Below, one piece after another: positions 22,496 through 34,241 of a stretch of DNA of 64,000 bases. Position 1 is the stretch's first letter. Every line of letters starts with the position of its first letter. Below the pieces are notes generated by a model. The model ran no database searches, was not told where the DNA came from, and worked only from the letters and a program-made list of their open reading frames with translations. The stretch lies in the NCBI RefSeq assembly GCF_055900595.2, contig NZ_CM148325.1. One strand, given 5' to 3'. A program made the position numbers and the translations under genes.

Positions 22496-23314
22496 ATGAC
22501 CACACGCGTGATTGCACTCGACTTAGACGGCACCTTATTGACCCCGAAAAAAACCTTGCTTCCTTCATCGATAGAAACCCTGGCCCGCGCTCGCGAAGCA
22601 GGCTATCAATTAATCATCGTCACGGGCCGCCATCACGTCGCTATTCATCCTTTTTATCAGGCGCTGGCGCTGGATACACCTGCTATTTGCTGTAATGGCA
22701 CCTATTTGTATGATTATCATGCAAAAACAGTACTTGAAGCCGATCCAATGCCCGTTAATAAAGCCCTGCAACTCATTGAGATGCTGAATGAACACCACAT
22801 TCACGGTCTGATGTATGTGGATGATGCAATGGTCTATGAGCACCCGACCGGGCATGTCATTCGCACGTCTAACTGGGCGCAAACCCTGCCGCCGGAACAG
22901 CGTCCGACCTTTACCCAGGTTGCTTCACTGGCCGAGACAGCGCAGGAAGTTAACGCAGTATGGAAGTTCGCCCTGACACACGATGACCTGCCGCAATTGC
23001 AGCATTTTGGTAAGCATGTTGAACATGAATTGGGACTGGAGTGTGAATGGTCCTGGCACGATCAGGTTGATATTGCCCGCGGTGGTAACAGCAAAGGTAA
23101 ACGCCTGACGAAATGGGTTGAGGCGCAAGGCTGGTCGATGGAAAACGTCGTCGCATTCGGCGATAATTTTAATGATATCAGTATGCTGGAAGCCGCTGGT
23201 ACAGGCGTGGCGATGGGCAACGCTGATGACGCAGTAAAAGCGCGTGCCAACATTGTGATTGGTGATAACACCACCGACAGCATTGCCCAGTTCATTTATA
23301 ACCACCTGATTTAA
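22496..23314 (+). CDS. ybhA: HAD-family (Cof-type) sugar/pyridoxal phosphate phosphatase YbhA
   Basis: DLDGTLL motif; 272 aa from MTTRVIALDLDGTLL. Confidence 0.85.
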   Translation: MTTRVIALDLDGTLLTPKKTLLPSSIETLARAREAGYQLIIVTGRHHVAIHPFYQALALDTPAICCNGTYLYDYHAKTVLEADPMPVNKALQLIEMLNEHHIHGLMYVDDAMVYEHPTGHVIRTSNWAQTLPPEQRPTFTQVASLAETAQEVNAVWKFALTHDDLPQLQHFGKHVEHELGLECEWSWHDQVDIARGGNSKGKRLTKWVEAQGWSMENVVAFGDNFNDISMLEAAGTGVAMGNADDAVKARANIVIGDNTTDSIAQFIYNHLI

Positions 23315-24373
23315 TCAGGCGGTTATCGAGACACTTTTAATTTGCGCGTATAGCCACAGGCCAGGTTTGATCGCCAGTTCATCCCTGGCCCACGGGCTTA
23401 TTCGCGCCCACAGCGTTTTACCGCCGACTTCCAATTCCACTTCCACCTGACCGTTGTCGTCATAGCTATTGACGACTTTGGCGCGCAGCACATTGCGGAT
23501 GCTGGTTTGTTGCGGCGGTTGTAAAACCAGAGAAACATCGGAAGCCTGGATGCGGATGCGTAGCGCGGCTTGCAGCGGTTCATCCAGCTTATTAACCCAC
23601 AAATGCTGATCGCCCAGCGCCAGCGCGGTCATCGCGTAATGCGGATGATGTTCCAGTACCGTTACTTTCAGAATGCTGCTTTGTTGCTCTTTCGGCAACC
23701 ATGGATTCATTACGCTACTGCCCCAGACTTCTTCCAGCGCACCGAACGCTTTCACCTGGCCGTTTTCCAGTACCATCACTCGGTCTGCCAGATGGAGGAT
23801 CTCATCCAGCGAATGGCTGACATAGAGCATTGGAATGTTGATTTCCCGCGTCAACCGTTGCAGATAAGGCAATAGCTCGCGTTTTCGCGGAAGATCCAGC
23901 GAGGCCAGTGGTTCATCCAGCAACAGCAATTCCGGTGCTGTCAGCAAAGCCCGCCCAATCGCCACACGCTGTTTTTCGCCTCCGGACAGGCTGCCTGGTA
24001 AACGGTCAAGCAACGGTTCAATGCCTAAAAGCGCCACCAGCTTATCGAACTGATCGGCCATGCTTTTCGCCATGCCGTAGCGCAGATTTCCACGTACTTT
24101 GTAATGCGGAAACAGCCGCGCATCCTGAAACACATAACCAACGCGACGCTTTTCTGGCGAAAGGCAGATCCCTTTTTCGGCGTCATTTAGTACCCGACCA
24201 TTGAGGACAATCCGCCCTTTTTGCGGACGTGTCAGCCCACTGATGGCATTAATCAGCGAGGTTTTTCCGGCACCAGAGACGCCAAAGATAGCGGTGATAC
24301 CATTGGCGGGCAGCGTTTCATTAATGGCCAGGCAATGATTGCCCAACGTCTGGGAAAAATTCAGTTCCAGCAT
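23315..24373 (-). CDS. modC: Molybdate ABC transporter ATPase
   Basis: Walker [13 protein letters not shown] signature LSGGEKQR, C-terminal TOBE domain. Confidence 0.92.
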   Translation of the reverse strand: MLELNFSQTLGNHCLAINETLPANGITAIFGVSGAGKTSLINAISGLTRPQKGRIVLNGRVLNDAEKGICLSPEKRRVGYVFQDARLFPHYKVRGNLRYGMAKSMADQFDKLVALLGIEPLLDRLPGSLSGGEKQRVAIGRALLTAPELLLLDEPLASLDLPRKRELLPYLQRLTREINIPMLYVSHSLDEILHLADRVMVLENGQVKAFGALEEVWGSSVMNPWLPKEQQSSILKVTVLEHHPHYAMTALALGDQHLWVNKLDEPLQAALRIRIQASDVSLVLQPPQQTSIRNVLRAKVVNSYDDNGQVEVELEVGGKTLWARISPWARDELAIKPGLWLYAQIKSVSITA

Positions 24374-24375
24374 GA

Positions 24376-25065
24376 TTAGCGCCCCGCCCGTTCACGGCTG
24401 ATTCTGGCCAGCCATTCAGAAATCAACAGGGAGATCATCGCCAGCGCAATAGAGATAATGCACAGTCTCGCCGCGCCACTTTCCCCGCCGGGAGTCTGGA
24501 TCAGGGTATACATGGCAGAAGGAATGGTTCGCGTTTCACCAGGAATGTTAGAAACAAAGGTTATGGTTGCCCCAAACTCACCGAGCGAACGAGCGAATGC
24601 CAGTACCGTACCGACGATAATTCCCGGTAGGGTCAGCGGTAACGTGATAGTAAAGAACACGCGCCAGCGCCCTGCCCCCAATGTTCTTGCGGCCTGTTCC
24701 AGTTTGACATCAACCCCTTCCAGCGCCAGACGAATTGCCCGCACCATCAACGGAAACGACATCACGGCGGCAGCGAGAACCGCGCCACGCCAGCTAAAGG
24801 CGAAGGTAATGCCAAACCAGTCATACAGACGTTCACCGATAAATCCGCGCCGTCCCATCGAAACTAATAACAAGTAACCGACGACCACGGGCGGTAACAC
24901 CAGCGGTAGATGCAGTACGCTATCGAGCAGAGCTTTGCCCGGAAATGTGCAACGCACCAGTAACCAGGCAAAAAAGATCCCAAACGGCAGGCTAAACAGC
25001 ACAGCCAGGGAAGAAACTTTCAGGCTTAATAAAACCGCCTGCCATTCTGGATCGGTCAGTATCAT
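24376..25065 (-). CDS. modB: Molybdate ABC transporter permease
   Basis: 229 aa membrane protein. Confidence 0.92.
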   Translation of the reverse strand: MILTDPEWQAVLLSLKVSSLAVLFSLPFGIFFAWLLVRCTFPGKALLDSVLHLPLVLPPVVVGYLLLVSMGRRGFIGERLYDWFGITFAFSWRGAVLAAAVMSFPLMVRAIRLALEGVDVKLEQAARTLGAGRWRVFFTITLPLTLPGIIVGTVLAFARSLGEFGATITFVSNIPGETRTIPSAMYTLIQTPGGESGAARLCIISIALAMISLLISEWLARISRERAGR

Positions 25066-25838
25066 TACTTGGTTGTAAATCCGTAGCGTTTAAAAATTTC
25101 CGCAGCCTGCGGTCCCTTCAGATAATCATAAAATGCTTTTACTGTCGCATTGTTATGTCCTTCCACAACAGCAACCGGATATTCCACTTTTTTATGTGAA
25201 TCTTCCGGGAAGGTGGCAACCACTTTTACCCCTTTGCTGGCAACAGCGTCAGAACCGTAAACAATACCCAGCGGCGCTTCATTGCGTTCGACCAACGCCA
25301 GCGCGCCACGAACATCTTCCGCCGGAGCCAGTTTCGGGGAGAGCGTATCCCATGCGCCCAGTTTTTGCAGTGCTTCTTTTGCATAAATGCCAGCGGGAAC
25401 ATGTTCCGGATCACCAACCGCCAGGCGACCGCCATTCAGCAGCGAAGTCCAGTTGGTTTTGCTGTCAATGGAGAAATCTTTCTGCTCGCTGGCTTTCGGT
25501 GCTACAACAACCAGGCTATTACCGAGTAGAGTCTGACGCGAGGCCGTATCGATCGCTTTTTTATCAACCGCATAATCCATCCATTTCTGATCGGCAGAAA
25601 TAAACAGATCCGCAGGCGCACCCGCTTCAATCTGACGGGCCAGGGTAGAAGACGAGGCGAAAGAAGAGACGATATCTACGCCTTTCTCTTTTTTATACTG
25701 CGTAGCGATGTCCTGCATTGCGTTAGTCAGTGATGCGGCGGCGAACACCGTGATTTTTCCTTCATCTGCCAGTACATTGCCAGCAACAGCGAAAGAGAAT
25801 GCCGCCCCGGCAAACAAGTTCAACCATTTACGAGCCAT
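25065..25838 (-). CDS. modA: Molybdate-binding periplasmic protein
   Basis: Signal peptide, 257 aa. Confidence 0.92.
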   Translation of the reverse strand: MARKWLNLFAGAAFSFAVAGNVLADEGKITVFAAASLTNAMQDIATQYKKEKGVDIVSSFASSSTLARQIEAGAPADLFISADQKWMDYAVDKKAIDTASRQTLLGNSLVVVAPKASEQKDFSIDSKTNWTSLLNGGRLAVGDPEHVPAGIYAKEALQKLGAWDTLSPKLAPAEDVRGALALVERNEAPLGIVYGSDAVASKGVKVVATFPEDSHKKVEYPVAVVEGHNNATVKAFYDYLKGPQAAEIFKRYGFTTK

Positions 25839-25857
25839 TGGTAACCCCTTAATGTGA

Positions 25858-25881
25858 CGTTATGTAGGCGACAATATAACG
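25858..25881. promoter_or_regulatory. ModE operator at the modA promoter
   Basis: Palindrome CGTTATATTGTCGCCTACATAACG (reverse complement) just upstream of modA. Confidence 0.6.
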
Positions 25882-25964
25882 GCAAGTTCAGAATTTTCCC
25901 AGCAGTTATTGCTAACCTTTGTGAGGTTGATGAAAAAAATATCGGCAGGAAAAGCAGGAAGTTG

Positions 25965-25993
25965 AGAAAAAGAAAATGCCCGACTAAGCGGGC
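25965..25993 (-). terminator. Rho-independent terminator after acrZ
   Basis: GCCCG...CGGGC hairpin followed on the minus strand by a T-rich run. Confidence 0.45.
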
Positions 25994-26003
25994 ATTCAGA
26001 GAA

Positions 26004-26171
<168 letters not shown>

Positions 26172-26281
26172 TCATGAGACTATTCTAACCGCTAAGCACA
26201 GAAAAGCACTCCCCTTTTGTGCGGTCAGCTTTGCGTGGCGTTCGTTTTCCGTCACAATAAGACTTTTGCCAGGACATTGTT

Positions 26282-27070
26282 ATGCAGGCCGAAATCCTTC
26301 TCACCCTTAAGCTCCAACAAAAATTATTCGCCGACCCGCGCCGCATTTCGTTACTAAAACACATTGCGCTTTCCGGTTCCATTAGCCAGGGAGCGAAAGA
26401 TGCCGGTATCAGCTATAAAAGCGCCTGGGATGCCATTAACGAGATGAATCAGTTAAGTGAGCATATTCTGGTTGAGCGCGCAACAGGCGGTAAAGGTGGC
26501 GGCGGCGCAGTACTGACCCGCTATGGTCAGCGACTGATTCAGCTCTATGATTTACTGGCGCAAATCCAGCAAAAAGCCTTTGATGTGTTAAGTGACGATG
26601 ACGCCTTGCCGCTGAACAGCCTGCTGGCCGCGATCTCACGTTTTTCACTGCAGACCAGTGCCCGTAACCAGTGGTTTGGCACCATCACCGCCCGCGATCA
26701 TGATGACATTCAACAACATGTTGATGTCTTACTGGCCGATGGCAAAACACGCCTTAAAGTCGCGATTACCGCACAAAGTGGCGCACGTCTGGGACTGGAT
26801 GAAGGCAAAGAAGTGTTGATTCTGCTGAAAGCGCCGTGGGTGAACATTACTCAGGATGACACTGTCGCCCAGGGTGCCGACAACCAATTGCCGGGCATTA
26901 TTCGTCATATAGAGCGCGGTGCAGAACAGTGCGAAGTATTAATGGCGTTACCTGACGGGCAAACTCTGTGCGCCACGGTGCCGGTAAATGAAGCAGCTTC
27001 TCTTGAACAAGGGCAGAATGCCACGGCTTACTTTAACGCCGACAGCGTGATTATCGCTACGCTTTGCTAA
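26282..27070 (+). CDS. modE: Molybdate-responsive regulator ModE
   Basis: 262 aa, HTH plus di-MOP domains. Confidence 0.9.
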   Translation: MQAEILLTLKLQQKLFADPRRISLLKHIALSGSISQGAKDAGISYKSAWDAINEMNQLSEHILVERATGGKGGGGAVLTRYGQRLIQLYDLLAQIQQKAFDVLSDDDALPLNSLLAAISRFSLQTSARNQWFGTITARDHDDIQQHVDVLLADGKTRLKVAITAQSGARLGLDEGKEVLILLKAPWVNITQDDTVAQGADNQLPGIIRHIERGAEQCEVLMALPDGQTLCATVPVNEAASLEQGQNATAYFNADSVIIATLC

Positions 27071-27137
27071 GCGTGTTGACAATTTGTTATGAAACACGTA
27101 TCCCTGTCAGTAATCGCTGCAAAAAATGGGATATAAA

Positions 27138-28610
27138 ATGTCATCGTTGCAAATTTTGCAAGGCACGTTTCGTCTTAGCGACACAAAAACGCTGCAATTG
27201 TCTCAGCTAACGTTAAACGCGGGTGATAGTTGGGCGTTTGTCGGTTCGAATGGAAGCGGGAAGTCGGCGCTGGCCCGCGCGCTGGCGGGGGAACTTCCGC
27301 TTTTGAAAGGTGAACGACAAAGTCAGTTTTCCCACATCACTCGTCTCTCCTTCGAGCAATTGCAAAAGCTCGTCAGCGACGAATGGCAACGGAATAACAC
27401 CGATATGCTCGGCCCTGGCGAAGATGACACCGGACGCACTACGGCTGAAATCATTCAGGATGAAATTAAGGATGCACAGCGTTGTGCGCAGTTGGCGCAG
27501 CAGTTCGGCATTACCGCCCTTCTCGACCGACGCTTTAAATACCTTTCCACTGGCGAGACGCGAAAAACCCTGCTGTGTCAGGCGCTGATGTCGGAGCCAG
27601 ACTTGTTGATTCTTGATGAGCCGTTCGATGGCCTGGATGTTGCCTCACGTCAGCAGCTGGCTGAGCGACTCGCCTCGTTACATCAGTCCGGTATTACCCT
27701 GGTACTGGTGCTCAATCGCTTCGATGAGATCCCGGAATTTGTCCAGTTTGCTGGCGTGCTGGCGGATTGCACGTTAGCGGAAACTGGCGCTAAAGAGGAA
27801 CTGCTCCAACAAGCACTCGTCGCGCAACTGGCGCATAGCGAACAGCTTGAAGGTGTGCAACTGCCGGAGCCAGATGAACCTTCAGCACGTCACGCCTTAC
27901 CTGCCAACGAACCGCGCATTGTGCTGAACAACGGCGTGGTTTCTTATAACGATCGCCCCATTCTTAATAACCTTAGCTGGCAGGTGAATCCAGGCGAGCA
28001 CTGGCAAATTGTCGGGCCAAATGGCGCGGGAAAATCGACGCTATTAAGCCTGATTACAGGCGATCATCCGCAAGGTTACAGCAACGATTTAACACTTTTC
28101 GGACGACGTCGCGGCAGCGGCGAAACCATCTGGGATATCAAAAAGCATATCGGTTACGTCAGCAGTAGTTTGCATCTGGATTACCGGGTCAGCACTACCG
28201 TGCGTAATGTGATCCTTTCTGGCTATTTTGATTCGATTGGCATTTATCAGGCCGTTTCAGATCGCCAGCAAAAACTGGTGCAGCAGTGGCTGGATATTCT
28301 CGGCATTGATAAACGCACGGCTGACGCTCCTTTCCATAGTCTTTCCTGGGGACAGCAGCGTCTGGCGCTGATCGTTCGCGCACTGGTGAAGCATCCGACT
28401 TTGCTTATTCTTGATGAACCTTTACAGGGCCTTGATCCACTCAATCGCCAGCTTATCCGCCGTTTTGTTGATGTGCTGATTAGCGAAGGTGAAACGCAAT
28501 TATTGTTTGTTTCACACCACGCCGAAGATGCGCCCGCCTGTATTTCACATCGTCTTGAGTTCGTGCCGGACGGTGACCTCTATCGTTATGCGCTGACAAA
28601 AATAAACTGA
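27138..28610 (+). CDS. modF: ABC-type ATPase ModF (tandem ATPase domains)
   Basis: Two Walker A motifs (GSNGSGKS, GPNGAGKS). Confidence 0.88.
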   Translation: MSSLQILQGTFRLSDTKTLQLSQLTLNAGDSWAFVGSNGSGKSALARALAGELPLLKGERQSQFSHITRLSFEQLQKLVSDEWQRNNTDMLGPGEDDTGRTTAEIIQDEIKDAQRCAQLAQQFGITALLDRRFKYLSTGETRKTLLCQALMSEPDLLILDEPFDGLDVASRQQLAERLASLHQSGITLVLVLNRFDEIPEFVQFAGVLADCTLAETGAKEELLQQALVAQLAHSEQLEGVQLPEPDEPSARHALPANEPRIVLNNGVVSYNDRPILNNLSWQVNPGEHWQIVGPNGAGKSTLLSLITGDHPQGYSNDLTLFGRRRGSGETIWDIKKHIGYVSSSLHLDYRVSTTVRNVILSGYFDSIGIYQAVSDRQQKLVQQWLDILGIDKRTADAPFHSLSWGQQRLALIVRALVKHPTLLILDEPLQGLDPLNRQLIRRFVDVLISEGETQLLFVSHHAEDAPACISHRLEFVPDGDLYRYALTKIN

Positions 28611-28776
28611 GTCGGTAATGCTGACTGTACCGGAGGCGGCCTAAGCGCCCTCTCCGGCCTAAAGTTCGACGCATCCAGGCATGAAACCGCGACTTTTTTC
28701 AGATAAAAAGCGCAATCATTCATAAACCCTCTGTTTTATAATCACTTAATCGTGCATAAAGAACGGCTAAATTCTT

Positions 28777-28792
28777 GTGTAAACGATTCCAC
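28777..28792. promoter_or_regulatory. gal operator OE within the galP1/P2 region
   Basis: GTGTAAACGATTCCAC upstream of TTATGCTATGGTTATTTCATACCAT. Confidence 0.6.
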
Positions 28793-28870
28793 TAATTTAT
28801 TCCATGTCACACTTTTCGCATCTTTGTTATGCTATGGTTATTTCATACCATAAGCCTAATGGAGCGAATT

Positions 28871-29887
28871 ATGAGAGTTCTGGTTACCGGTGGTAGCGGT
28901 TACATTGGAAGTCATACCTGTGTGCAATTACTGCAAAACGGTCATGATGTCATCATTCTTGATAACCTCTGTAACAGTAAGCGCAGCGTACTGCCTGTTA
29001 TCGAGCGTTTAGGCGGCAAACATCCAACGTTTGTTGAAGGCGATATCCGTAACGAAGCGTTGATGACCGAGATCCTGCACGATCACGCTATCGACACCGT
29101 GATCCACTTCGCCGGGCTGAAAGCCGTTGGCGAATCGGTACAAAAACCGCTTGAATATTACGACAACAATGTCAACGGTACTCTGCGCCTGATTAGCGCC
29201 ATGCGCGCCGCTAACGTCAAAAACTTTATCTTCAGCTCCTCCGCCACCGTTTATGGCGATCAGCCCAAAATTCCATACGTTGAAAGCTTCCCGACCGGCA
29301 CACCACAAAGTCCTTACGGCAAAAGCAAGCTGATGGTGGAACAGATCCTCACCGATCTGCAAAAAGCCCAGCCGGACTGGAGCATTGCCCTGCTGCGCTA
29401 TTTCAACCCGGTTGGCGCGCATCCGTCGGGTGATATGGGCGAAGATCCGCAAGGTATTCCGAATAACCTGATGCCATACATCGCCCAGGTTGCTGTAGGC
29501 CGTCGCGACTCGCTGGCGATTTTTGGTAACGATTATCCGACCGAAGATGGTACTGGCGTGCGTGATTACATCCACGTAATGGATCTGGCGGATGGACACG
29601 TCGTGGCGATGGAAAAACTGGCGAACAAGCCAGGCGTACACATCTACAACCTCGGCGCTGGCGTAGGCAGCAGCGTGCTGGACGTGGTGAATGCCTTCAG
29701 TAAAGCCTGCGGCAAACCGGTTAACTATCATTTTGCACCGCGTCGCGAGGGCGATCTTCCGGCCTACTGGGCGGACGCCAGCAAAGCCGACCGTGAACTG
29801 AACTGGCGCGTAACGCGCACACTCGATGAAATGGCGCAGGACACCTGGCACTGGCAGTCACGCCATCCACAGGGATATCCCGATTAA
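28871..29887 (+). CDS. galE: UDP-glucose 4-epimerase
   Basis: MRVLVTGGSGYIGSH..., 338 aa. Confidence 0.95.
   Translation: MRVLVTGGSGYIGSHTCVQLLQNGHDVIILDNLCNSKRSVLPVIERLGGKHPTFVEGDIRNEALMTEILHDHAIDTVIHFAGLKAVGESVQKPLEYYDNNVNGTLRLISAMRAANVKNFIFSSSATVYGDQPKIPYVESFPTGTPQSPYGKSKLMVEQILTDLQKAQPDWSIALLRYFNPVGAHPSGDMGEDPQGIPNNLMPYIAQVAVGRRDSLAIFGNDYPTEDGTGVRDYIHVMDLADGHVVAMEKLANKPGVHIYNLGAGVGSSVLDVVNAFSKACGKPVNYHFAPRREGDLPAYWADASKADRELNWRVTRTLDEMAQDTWHWQSRHPQGYPD
28890..28905. promoter_or_regulatory. gal internal operator OI
   Basis: GTGGTAGCGGTTACAT inside the 5-prime end of galE. Confidence 0.55.
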
Positions 29888-29896
29888 GGAACGACC

Positions 29897-30943
29897 ATGA
29901 CGCAATTTAACCCCGTTGATCATCCACATCGCCGCTACAACCCGCTCACCGGGCAATGGATTCTGGTTTCACCGCACCGCGCTAAGCGCCCCTGGCAGGG
30001 GGCGCAGGAAACGCCAGCCAAACAGGTGTTACCTGCGCACGATCCAGATTGCTTCCTCTGCGCAGGTAATGTGCGGGTGACAGGCGATAAAAACCCCGAC
30101 TACACTGGGACTTACGTTTTCACTAATGACTTTGCGGCCTTGATGTCTGACACGCCAGATGCGCCAGAAAGCAACGATCCTTTGATGCGTTGTCAGAGCG
30201 CGCGCGGTACCAGCCGGGTGATCTGCTTTTCACCGGATCACAGTAAAACGCTGCCAGAACTGAGCGTTGCGGCTTTGACGGAAATCGTCAAAACCTGGCA
30301 GGAGCAAACCGCAGAACTGGGGAAAACATACCCGTGGGTGCAGGTCTTTGAAAACAAAGGCGCGGCGATGGGCTGCTCTAACCCGCATCCGCACGGACAG
30401 ATTTGGGCAAATAGCTTCCTGCCTAACGAAGCTGAGCGCGAAGATCGCCTGCAAAAAGAATATTTTGCCGAGCAAAAATCGCCAATGCTGGTGGATTATG
30501 TTCAGCGCGAGCTGGCAGACGGTAGCCGTACCGTTGTCGAAACCGAACACTGGTTAGCCGTTGTGCCTTACTGGGCTGCCTGGCCGTTCGAAACGCTACT
30601 GCTGCCCAAAGCCCACGTTTTGCGGATCACCGATTTGACCGACGCCCAGCGCAGCGATTTGGCGCTGGCGTTGAAAAAGCTGACCAGTCGTTATGACAAC
30701 CTCTTCCAGTGCTCCTTCCCCTACTCTATGGGCTGGCACGGCGCGCCATTTAATGACGAAGAGAATCAACACTGGCAGCTGCACGCGCACTTTTATCCGC
30801 CTCTGTTGCGCTCCGCCACCGTACGTAAATTTATGGTTGGTTATGAAATGCTGGCAGAGACCCAGCGAGACCTGACCGCAGAACAGGCAGCAGAGCGTTT
30901 GCGCGCAGTCAGCGATATCCATTTTCGCGAATCCGGAGTGTAA
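29897..30943 (+). CDS. galT: Galactose-1-phosphate uridylyltransferase
   Basis: 348 aa; CFLC and HPHGQ motifs. Confidence 0.95.
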   Translation: MTQFNPVDHPHRRYNPLTGQWILVSPHRAKRPWQGAQETPAKQVLPAHDPDCFLCAGNVRVTGDKNPDYTGTYVFTNDFAALMSDTPDAPESNDPLMRCQSARGTSRVICFSPDHSKTLPELSVAALTEIVKTWQEQTAELGKTYPWVQVFENKGAAMGCSNPHPHGQIWANSFLPNEAEREDRLQKEYFAEQKSPMLVDYVQRELADGSRTVVETEHWLAVVPYWAAWPFETLLLPKAHVLRITDLTDAQRSDLALALKKLTSRYDNLFQCSFPYSMGWHGAPFNDEENQHWQLHAHFYPPLLRSATVRKFMVGYEMLAETQRDLTAEQAAERLRAVSDIHFRESGV

Positions 30944-30946
30944 GTA

Positions 30947-32095
30947 ATGAGTCTGAAAGAAAAAACACAATCTCTGTTTGCCAATGCATTTGGCTACCCT
31001 GCCACTCATACCATTCAGGCGCCTGGCCGCGTGAATCTTATTGGCGAACACACCGACTACAACGACGGTTTCGTTCTGCCCTGCGCAATTGATTATCAAA
31101 CCGTCATTAGCTGTGCGCCACGTGATGACCGTAACGTTCGCGTGATGGCAGCCGATTATGAAAATCAGCTTGACGAGTTTTCCCTTGATGCGCCCATTGT
31201 CGCTCATGAAAACTATCAATGGGCTAACTACGTCCGTGGCGTGGTGAAACATCTGCAACTGCGTAACAACAGCTTCGGCGGCGTGGACATGGTGATCAGC
31301 GGCAATGTGCCGCAGGGTGCCGGGTTAAGTTCTTCCGCTTCACTGGAAGTCGCGGTTGGAACCGTATTGCAGCAGCTTTATCATCTGCCGCTGGACGGCG
31401 CACAAATCGCACTTAACGGCCAGGAAGCAGAAAACCAGTTTGTTGGCTGTAACTGTGGGATCATGGATCAGCTAATTTCCGCGCTCGGCAAGAAAGATCA
31501 TGCCTTGCTGATCGATTGCCGCTCACTGGGCGCCAAAGCGGTTTCTATGCCGAAAGGTGTGGCTGTGGTCATCATTAACAGTAACTTCAAACGTACCCTG
31601 GTCGGCAGCGAATACAACACCCGTCGTGAACAGTGCGAAACCGGTGCGCGTTTCTTCCAGCAGCCGGCCCTGCGCGATGTCACCATTGAAGAGTTCAACG
31701 CTGTTGCGCATGAACTGGACCCGATCGTGGCGAAACGCGTGCGTCATATCCTGACTGAAAACGCCCGTACCGTTGAAGCAGCCAGCGCACTGGAGCAAGG
31801 CGACCTGAAACGTATGGGCGAGTTGATGGCGGAGTCTCATGCTTCTATGCGCGATGATTTCGAAATCACCGTGCCGCAAATTGACACTCTGGTAGAAATC
31901 GTCAAAGCTGTGATTGGCGACAAAGGTGGCGTACGCATGACCGGCGGCGGATTTGGCGGCTGTATCGTCGCACTGATCCCGGAAGAGCTGGTGCCTGCCG
32001 TACAGCAGGCTGTCGCTGAACAATATGAAGCAAAAACAGGTATTAAAGAGACTTTTTACGTTTGTAAACCATCACAAGGAGCAGGACAGTGCTGA
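30947..32095 (+). CDS. galK: Galactokinase
   Basis: 382 aa, GHMP kinase motifs. Confidence 0.95.
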   Translation: MSLKEKTQSLFANAFGYPATHTIQAPGRVNLIGEHTDYNDGFVLPCAIDYQTVISCAPRDDRNVRVMAADYENQLDEFSLDAPIVAHENYQWANYVRGVVKHLQLRNNSFGGVDMVISGNVPQGAGLSSSASLEVAVGTVLQQLYHLPLDGAQIALNGQEAENQFVGCNCGIMDQLISALGKKDHALLIDCRSLGAKAVSMPKGVAVVIINSNFKRTLVGSEYNTRREQCETGARFFQQPALRDVTIEEFNAVAHELDPIVAKRVRHILTENARTVEAASALEQGDLKRMGELMAESHASMRDDFEITVPQIDTLVEIVKAVIGDKGGVRMTGGGFGGCIVALIPEELVPAVQQAVAEQYEAKTGIKETFYVCKPSQGAGQC

Positions 32096-33129
32096 ACGAA
32101 ACTCCCGCACTGGCACCCGATGGTCAGCCGTACCGACTGTTAACTTTGCGTAACAACGCAGGGATGGTAGTCACGCTGATGGACTGGGGTGCGACTTTAC
32201 TTTCCGCCCGTATTCCGCTTTCCGATGGCAGCGTCCGCGAGGCGCTGCTCGGCTGCGCCAGCCCGGAATGCTATCAGGATCAGGCCGCGTTTCTGGGGGC
32301 CTCTATTGGTCGTTATGCAAACCGTATCGCCAATAGTCGTTATACCTTTGACGATGAAACCGTGACGCTTTCGCCAAGTCAGGGCGTTAACCAGCTGCAC
32401 GGCGGCCCGGAAGGGTTCGACAAACGTCGCTGGCAGATTGTGAATCAGAACGATCGTCAGGTGCTATTTGCCCTGAGTTCAGAAGATGGCGATCAGGGCT
32501 TTCCGGGTAATCTCGGCGCGACAGTGCAATATCGTCTGACCGACGATAACCGTATCTCCATTACTTATCGCGCCACAGTTGATAAACCTTGCCCGGTGAA
32601 TATGACTAACCACGTCTATTTCAACCTCGACGGCGAGCAGTCTGACGTACGCAATCACAAGCTGCAGATTCTGGCAGACGAATATCTGCCGGTTGATGAA
32701 GCCGGCATTCCGCACGACGGTCTGAAATCTGTCGCCGGAACGTCTTTTGATTTCCGCAGCGCCAAAATCATCGCCAGTGAATTTCTTGCCGACGACGATC
32801 AGCGCAAAGTGAAAGGTTACGATCATGCGTTCTTGTTACAGGCTAAAGGCGATGGCAAGAAAGTGGCGGCGCATGTCTGGTCAGCAGATGAAAAATTGCA
32901 ACTGAAGGTCTACACCACCGCTCCGGCTCTGCAATTCTACTCCGGCAACTTCCTCGGCGGCACACCGTCGCGGGGAACCGAACCTTATGCCGACTGGCAA
33001 GGGCTGGCGTTGGAAAGCGAGTTTCTGCCGGACAGCCCAAACCACCCTGAATGGCCGCAACCGGACTGCTTCCTGCGTCCTGGCGAAGAGTATTCCAGCC
33101 TGACTGAATATCAGTTTATTGCTGAATAA
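32089..33129 (+). CDS. galM: Aldose 1-epimerase (galactose mutarotase)
   Basis: 346 aa, overlaps galK end. Confidence 0.93.
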   Translation: MLNETPALAPDGQPYRLLTLRNNAGMVVTLMDWGATLLSARIPLSDGSVREALLGCASPECYQDQAAFLGASIGRYANRIANSRYTFDDETVTLSPSQGVNQLHGGPEGFDKRRWQIVNQNDRQVLFALSSEDGDQGFPGNLGATVQYRLTDDNRISITYRATVDKPCPVNMTNHVYFNLDGEQSDVRNHKLQILADEYLPVDEAGIPHDGLKSVAGTSFDFRSAKIIASEFLADDDQRKVKGYDHAFLLQAKGDGKKVAAHVWSADEKLQLKVYTTAPALQFYSGNFLGGTPSRGTEPYADWQGLALESEFLPDSPNHPEWPQPDCFLRPGEEYSSLTEYQFIAE

Positions 33130-33331
33130 CTTTAAGCCCTCGTCATGAGGGCTTTATCCTTATATTGCTCAAATCACCAGCAAACACCGACATATTTGCA
33201 ACTCAATATTCACAACAACCTTACACTGCGACACTATTTTCGCTATGGTTATGCGTAAGCATTGCCGTTGCTTCGTCACGGCAATATAATGAGAATTATT
33301 ATCATTAAAAGATGGTTTGAGGAGTAAGTAT

Positions 33332-34084
33332 ATGGCTGTAACTAAGCTGGTTCTGGTTCGTCATGGCGAAAGTCAGTGGAACAAAGAAAACCGTTTTACC
33401 GGTTGGTACGACGTGGATCTGTCTGAGAAAGGCGTAAGCGAAGCAAAAGCAGCTGGTAAGCTGCTGAAAGAGGAAGGTTACAGCTTTGATTTTGCTTACA
33501 CCTCTGTGCTGAAACGCGCTATCCATACCCTGTGGAATGTGCTGGACGAACTGGATCAGGCATGGCTGCCCGTTGAGAAATCCTGGAAACTGAACGAACG
33601 TCACTACGGTGCGTTGCAGGGTCTGAACAAAGCGGAAACTGCTGAAAAGTATGGCGACGAGCAGGTGAAACAGTGGCGTCGTGGTTTTGCGGTTACTCCG
33701 CCGGAACTGACTAAAGATGATGAGCGTTATCCGGGCCACGATCCACGTTACGCGAAGCTGAGCGAGAAAGAGCTGCCACTGACGGAAAGCCTGGCGCTGA
33801 CCATTGACCGCGTGATCCCTTACTGGAATGAAACTATTCTGCCGCGAATGAAGAGCGGTGAGCGCGTGATCATCGCCGCACACGGTAACTCGTTACGTGC
33901 GCTGGTGAAATATCTCGATAATATGAGCGAAGAAGAGATTCTTGAGCTGAATATCCCGACTGGCGTGCCACTGGTTTATGAATTCGACGAGAATTTCAAA
34001 CCGCTGAAACGCTATTATCTGGGTAATGCTGACGAGATCGCGGCGAAAGCAGCGGCCGTTGCTAACCAGGGTAAAGCGAAGTAA
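33332..34084 (+). CDS. gpmA: 2,3-bisphosphoglycerate-dependent phosphoglycerate mutase
   Basis: [10 protein letters not shown] motif, 250 aa. Confidence 0.93.
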
Positions 34085-34107
34085 ACGTCATTCGCTTAAA
34101 AATGAGA

Positions 34108-34136
34108 AAGCCGACTGCAAGTGAGTCGGCTTTTTT
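34108..34136 (+). terminator. Rho-independent terminator after gpmA
   Basis: AAGCCGACT...AGTCGGCTT hairpin plus TTTTTT. Confidence 0.55.
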
Positions 34137-34149
34137 GTTGCTAACAATG

Positions 34150-34240
34150 GAGCACATTGCCTGATGCGACGCTGCGCGTCTTGTCAGGCCTACGGTGATT
34201 CATCGGATAACCACTGTGACGGCGCATCCGACAATTAAAC
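34150..34240. repeat. REP element
   Basis: GCCTGATGCGACGCTGCGCGTCTTGTCAGGCCTAC-type palindromic unit. Confidence 0.45.
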
Positions 34241-34241
34241 T

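Noticed and set aside
29009-29851. 280-aa ORF antisense to galE
   Set aside because: Fully contained in the opposite strand of a well-supported conserved gene; no SD.
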